A DNA stretch of 64,000 nt from Octopus vulgaris (lineage: Eukaryota): contig OX597816.1 in assembly GCA_951406725.2 (NCBI GenBank), positions 152,520,001-152,584,000 of the forward strand, given 5' to 3'. Shown one piece after another: positions 57,971 through 64,000 of the stretch. Within the stretch, counting starts at the first letter, position 1. Every line of letters begins with the position of its first letter. A program made the translations under genes and the position numbers. The notes beneath the pieces are model-generated. The model was given only the letters and a program-made list of their open reading frames with translations. It had not been told where the DNA came from and did not search any database.

Positions 57971-58092
57971 CCGATAGTCATCGATGTCGCCTAAAGGGTT
58001 AAACAGTTGCGGTTCAGTGGTGAGATCTTGCATAGAATAGAATTCGGATCGTTCACAAGTCTGGTGGTAAATCTCTTCCGATCGCTTTCGTC
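57971..58092 (-). CDS. grh: grainyhead exon (122 nt)
   Basis: gtactttcag|GA-RKRSEEIYHQTCERSEFYSMQDLTTEPQLFNPLGDIDDYR|gtaagg. Matches the invertebrate Grh EE.YH...RSEFY.M.DL...P.LF.P motif. Phase 1 to 0. Confidence 0.93.
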
Positions 58093-58123
58093 CTGAAAGT
58101 ACACAAACGATTTTATATGTATA

Positions 58124-58185
<62 letters not shown>

Positions 58186-58192
<7 letters not shown>

Positions 58193-59403
58193 AATATAAG
58201 AGAGTGGTCACTATATGGCTCACTCTAGCACTAGTTAATCCAAAAGGTTTCAACCACAAAAATACATGTTTCCCATGAAAGTCAGTACGATTGTTAGCTC
58301 ACACGGACAGGGCAAATAAAAAATAACAAAATACAGATTATTTTGGGACAATTGTTTCGCTATTAATGAATTAAATGTAATTTTACTTACAAAAAAATCC
58401 ACTTGTAGCTCGTCAGCTAAAACTATCTGGATGAAATCCACTCAATCACACGCCAGATTTTACCATAACGATAAATACACGTGTGGTTCAATTGATTACA
58501 TCCGACGTTATAATTCAAATGCCCCAACTAACAGCGCGCCAAACTTTCACGGAAAACAAATACTGCATTTAGAAATAAATGTAGCATAATTATAATTAAT
58601 TAATAAGGGTGGGAGAATTTAGATACTGGATTATTATAATATTTTATAATATATTATAATATTTTTATATAGTATATATATGGCTCACTCTAGCACTAGT
58701 TAATCCAAAGGTTTCAACCACAAAATACATGCCATGAAAGTCGAGCACACGGACAGGGCAAATAAAAATATTTTGTTATTTTTATTTGCCCTGTATTTCA
58801 TATTTGTGGTTGAAACCTTTTGGATACTATTATACCACTCTCTTATATTTTAAAATATAATATATTATAAAATATTATAATAATCCAGGTTTTCGAGCAA
58901 GCCACTTGGTGTTGAATAGATATACTATTAAATTAGTATCTAATTCTCTCACCCTTATTAATTAATTATAATTATGCTACATTTATTTCAAATGCAGGTT
59001 TCAACCACATTAAAATGTAATCATTGTTATCGTTATGGTAAATCTGGCATTGAGTGGAATCCAGATAGTACAAGTGGATTTTTTGTAAGTAAAATTACAT
59101 TTAATTCATTAATAGGAAACAATTGTCCCAAAAAATATTTTGTTATTTTTTATTTGCCCTGTCCGTGTGAGCTAACAATCGTACTGACTTTCATGGGAAA
59201 CATGTATTTTTGTGGTTGAAACCTTTTGGATTAACTAGTGCTAGAGTGAGCCATATAGTGACCACTCTCTTATATTTATTTTGTAAAAATATTATAATAT
59301 ATTATAAAATATTATAATAATCCAGGTTTCTCGGAGCACTAGGCCACTTGGTGTTGAATAGATATACTATTAAATTAGTATCTAATTCTCTCACCCTTAT
59401 TAA

Positions 59404-59410
<7 letters not shown>
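58186..59410. repeat. Complex inverted + tandem repeat (fold-back element) between (TA)n tracts in a grh intron
   Basis: 58186-58650 is mirrored by ~58930-59290 with many short deletions. Partial extra units at 58670-58890 and 59290-59410. Confidence 0.9.
58341..58422 (-). ncRNA. Hammerhead ribozyme motif (canonical core), sense to the grh pre-mRNA
   Basis: Minus strand: ttttag-CTGACGA-GCTA...(~45-nt loop)...TAGC-GAAAC-AATT-GTC-ccaaaa. Stem I has one mismatch. Confidence 0.72.
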
Positions 59411-59451
<41 letters not shown>

Positions 59452-60284
59452 TTATATATATATATATATATAATTATATATATATATATACATATATATT
59501 TAACATAGTGTTGTGTGTATGTGTGTGAGTGTATGTGTGGGTGTGTGTGCGTGTGTGTGTGCATCTGGTAATACGAAAAAGGAAAATAGAACTCAAAACA
59601 TGAGTATATATATTTTATTTAATCGGCAGTAGCTACAAAGTGACTCAAAGGCCGAGACTTTCATGCCTTGACACTTATTTAATTTACCAATGGACGAAAC
59701 TCTCGGTCCGTGAGCCACTTTGTAACTTCTGTTAATAAAAATAAAATACATAAACACACAAGCATACACACACATATACACACACACTCTCACTCACGTA
59801 CACACACATATAAACACACACGCACACATACACATACGTACTCTCACTCACACTCACGTACACACACACACATACACACTCTTACTCACACTCACGTACA
59901 CATACACATGCACACACAACACACACACACACACACGTACTTTTCCTCCTTTGGAACCACGCCGCAGCTGAATTTCGCAGATAGAATAACACAGGGTATT
60001 TTCATACCATTTCAAACATTGCATTATGTATGATTCTAAAAATGTTGCCCCACCCCCCCAAAAAAATAAACCCTCAGTAATTGATTTACTTTTATAATTT
60101 AAAGCTTATCTTGATTTAAATATTAATTTAAAATTTTTTATGTTATCTAAAGGCGGTGCTCCAGCATGGTCGTACCCCAATGGCTGAAACACGTGAAAGG
60201 TAAATGGTATGCAAAATTATTTCATAAAACGTAAAGAAGAAAGTGTCAAACCTAATAAATTTGGAACAAACAACTCATTCTCAC

Positions 60285-60381
60285 CCTCTAACGGTGGCGA
60301 ATGAGTTGGAGAATTTGAGTTTTCAGTCTTTACTTTTGCCGTCCTTCGTCGTTCCTCATCTCGTGTTTTCCGTTCAGCACC
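60285..60381 (-). CDS. grh: grainyhead exon (97 nt), end of DNA-binding domain
   Basis: cttctag|GAERKTRDEERRRTAKVKTENSNSPTHSPPLE-G|gtgaga. KGAERK.RDEE is the Grh hallmark. Phase 0 to 1. Confidence 0.96.
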
Positions 60382-61134
60382 CTAGAAGTATGAAAGGAAA
60401 AATTCCCATAATAAAACAAACGTGGATTTCGTAATTCTCTTAAACATTAAACTTTATTCTTATGGTTAATGGCATACATTATTTTATTTTTATACAGTTT
60501 CTCCGTATTTCATGAGGATACGAACTGATGAACTGTGTGTGAATTAATCTGCATATTTAACTATCTCTATTTTGCTTTTCAAGAACAATAAGATCTACCA
60601 AATCGATGATACTTTTAAAATTTAAACGTTGAAAAGAGAGTTTATAGCTGATGCATCGCTGATGTTCATTTTATTGACCTAGAAAAACGAAAGATAAAGT
60701 GACACTGGTGTGTTTTAAATAAACATAGAAACTTCTCCATTAAGATCCATCAAAGAGAGCCACAATATCTCAGATTAACTAGAGATGGGAAATGGCATGC
60801 ATGACACTCATGCTATTTTTGCAAAAATATTAGCAATGAATTGGTTCCAGTGAAACCTGAGAACCAAATCGTGTGTATCGGCTTGTTGAGATAAATTTTG
60901 GTAAATTCCCTACTAAATGATTTCTGACAATGCAACAAGGATACGAAATGATGAGGGTTGCACATATCAGGCTTGTATTTTGATCGGCTCTAAACCGATG
61001 AAAGCCAAACTCGGACACGACAAGATTTGATCTCAAAACGTATAATCCAAAAGGAAATATCAGAAGGTACTCTACCATTTGTGCCTCTCTAGTACCTGGT
61101 TTATTAGTATAATAGAAACAACTTCTAACAAGAA

Positions 61135-61745
61135 CAAGGCTACAAAATTAATGAAGGGAGCGGATGATTAAATCGATCCCAGCATTTAACTAACATTTAT
61201 TTCATTGACTCCAGAAGACTGAAAGCGCAAGTCGAACTCAGCGAAATATGAACTCAGAGCATAAAGAGAAAGAAATCTAACTAAATTATCATTAGGTATT
61301 TTGCTCACCACTAAACTAATTTTGTAAACCCAACACCTTCCTAAATATAATCACTTCTATCTTTGGGCACAGGATCTGGTATTTTGAGTGGGAGGGAACT
61401 TGTCGATTAAATTATGCTCAGTGTTGAAATGGAACTTCAAACCTCCATCCCCACCCGAAAGGATGAGATGCAAAGTCGACCTCGGCAGAATTTGAACTCA
61501 GTACGTAAAAACGGGCGAAATGTCGCTAATTATTTTGTCCGACGTGCTAACGATTCTACTAGTTCATCGTAATGATAGAAACATTTGCTTCTATCATAAG
61601 CACAAGTAAATTGATTGAATCGATCTCTGTGCTTGTTTTAAAGGTCTCGCAGAAATAAATAAGATAAAGTACCAGTTAAGTATTGAAAGCGATTTAATCG
61701 AGTTACATCCCTCTGCCGAAAAAGTTTCTGGCTTTGTGCCTATAT
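61135..61745. mobile_element. Cluster of diverged SINE family 2 copies
   Basis: cccgaaaggatgagatgcaaagtcgacctcggcagaatttgaactcag and related segments, as at 14363-14930. Confidence 0.7.
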
Positions 61746-61882
61746 TAGAAACAATTATCACTTTTTATCATTAATAACACAGTAGTAGTAGTAGTAGTAG
61801 TAGTAGGAGTAGTGGATGGTGTAGTGGTGGTGATGGTGTTTATGATAGGACAAATTAATTTTGCAGAATATTGTATACTTAC

Positions 61883-61978
61883 TTTGTCGCAAAATATTTT
61901 CACTTGACAGTAACCTCTGTGTACCGGGTATCTGTCTTCGCCTTCGTATGTATCTACTTGAATGTGCAAAGGTATACC
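61883..61978 (-). CDS. grh: grainyhead exon (96 nt), CP2/Grh DNA-binding domain
   Basis: ccttgcag|GIPLHIQVDTYEGEDRYPVHRGYCQVKIFCDK|gtaagt matches Grh G.PL..QIDTY...P.HR.YCQ.K.FCDK. Phase 0 to 0. Confidence 0.97.
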
Positions 61979-62476
61979 CTGCAAGGTAATGATAAGGAAC
62001 GCATAAGGAAATGTATAAAATAAAAGAGGAAGTGTGTCTCAGGATACTGGTTACATAATATGAGAAGATTTAACTTAATGATCAACGACATGAAGTCAAC
62101 AAGGAATCAAGAATTCCGACGGCATAATGCTTTTCATAAATGGATATTATCTTCTTTCGTTTCTTCATACATACGCGCACAAGCATGCACGCACGCACAT
62201 ACGCACACGCATACACACACACTCACACACACTGATACATATATGTTGACGCCATATAAAGTTTTATAAACTTTCGAAAGAACGCCAAATAATTCTTTTT
62301 TACAAAAGTGGATCTAGATGAACGCATTAAAACTATAAAAAATAACCTGTTTATTGGGGTTAGCCTTCAACTTTTCTATTCAAAAGGGTTTGTAACCCAA
62401 TACTTGCATCATACTCTATGTATTCTTCGAGATCCACTGTTCCCCAAAAGAATACATGCATACATACATACATACA

Positions 62477-62585
<109 letters not shown>

Positions 62586-62696
62586 ATATAAAATGTTTCA
62601 AATATTTTAATAATTATATACATAATTATAAGGGATTGGCTATAAGCCTCTTCCTATCTCTCTCTCTTTCTCTCTCTTTCTCTCTCTCTCTCTTTC

Positions 62697-62775
<79 letters not shown>

Positions 62776-62838
62776 AAACAAACCAGAAATGCTTTGTAAG
62801 TTACGGAGAGAAAGCTACTTTGGAAGACTCAGTTTAAT

Positions 62839-62896
<58 letters not shown>

Positions 62897-63534
62897 TCAA
62901 TAACGAATTAAAAGCAGAGTTAGTGTTGCAAAAAATTATCGACCGCAGATACTCAATCTATGTGTTTTGTTTCTTCGCCGGCTGGCTGCGCCTCCATCAC
63001 TTATGAATTTGATTGGAGGCGAGTTGTGTCGCCTGTCTAATGACTTTCAGGTGTTTAAGTACCCAGCGTAATGAGGGAATCGTCCCCTAGGCTCTATATC
63101 GTAGTGAACCGGTGAACAAACAAAACATGCATTTGACTATGTGCGTTGACAATATATATGTATACATACACACATACGCATATGTATATATTTATACACA
63201 CACATATACATACATACATACATACATACATACATACATACATACATACATACATACATACACACACATACATACATACATACATACATACATACATACA
63301 TACATACATACATACATACATACATACATACATACACATATATATACACACATACACATACTGACCATCTTCACACACACATACACGCACACATACTGAC
63401 CATCTTCACACTTTCGTGTCCCAGAAACCACTTCCTCTCTTTTACTTCCACTTTCGGTCACTCCAGAAATGTAACCGCACGTGGATTGTTAGTGATTTTT
63501 TCCTTATTTCACCTCCTTTCTCTTTGGACTTTTC

Positions 63535-63571
63535 TCTTTCCGACGAAGAGCTTTGCTCGAAAAGCTAAAGA
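63535..63571 (+). ncRNA. Degenerate ultra-short hammerhead-like motif
   Basis: tcttt-CCGACGA-a-gagc-ttt-gctc-GAAA-agct-aaaga. Same layout as 31695-31732. Confidence 0.4.
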
Positions 63572-63691
63572 CACTTTCCTTTCACCGAGCGTGAAATTAA
63601 TATATTTCTTGTGCACGTTCTCATGTTCGTCTTTTACTTTTTTTCTCTGATTTTTAGTTATTTGTTCTTTGAATTGACTACATCCATCCAT

Positions 63692-63753
<62 letters not shown>

Positions 63754-63835
63754 GATTGTCAAACAGGACAACAAGCGTTAAGGCAAGGCAAACATCTCAA
63801 GTCATATACACTATTATTATTAGAAAAACATTCAA

Positions 63836-63892
63836 AGTCATACAGCTGTTTCTTGGATATCTCAGAGTATGGGATATTTCCTTATCGGAGAA
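63836..63892 (-). ncRNA. Degenerate hammerhead-like motif in a Penelope-type terminal repeat next to (TA)n
   Basis: Minus strand: CCGATAA-ggaaatatccca...gagatatccaa-GAAAC-AGCT-GTA. Core and stem I imperfect. Confidence 0.4.
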
Positions 63893-64000
63893 AATAGGGA
63901 AAATGCGCAGGGTATAAATTAATGAAATGACGACATAGAGGATAGGAGTAAAGGAATAAGGAAGAGAATAAAAGAGAAGTATTAAAGTTCACGGTTCAAT

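Overview
AT-rich, microsatellite-dense animal genomic DNA. The tRNA-derived SINE families and repeat landscape suggest an Octopus species (inference). One host gene is well supported: the 3' part of a grainyhead (Grh/CP2 family) transcription factor on the minus strand, with 8 GT-AG exons joined in consistent phase from 61978 down to the stop at 45515; its 5' exons lie outside the window. The rest is mobile DNA: Penelope-like elements (RT + GIY-YIG), a full-length mariner with perfect 34-bp TIRs, restriction-like-endonuclease (R4/Dong-type) LINE fragments stacked in (TAA)n, CR1/L2-type fragments, SINEs, a hAT-type MITE and a Tc1/mariner-superfamily relic. The most notable hidden signal is about a dozen minimal type-I hammerhead ribozyme motifs with palindromic stem III. 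They include canonical C3-G8 cores and compensatory U3-A8 and G3-C8 cores. Most sit in four fold-back (inverted, 3'-ends-outward) insertions, three with no coding capacity, and one lies in sense orientation inside a grainyhead intron. Nearly all other ORFs in the track are microsatellite translations. Coordinates were read by eye: exon, TIR and ribozyme-core positions are counted, repeat boundaries are approximate.
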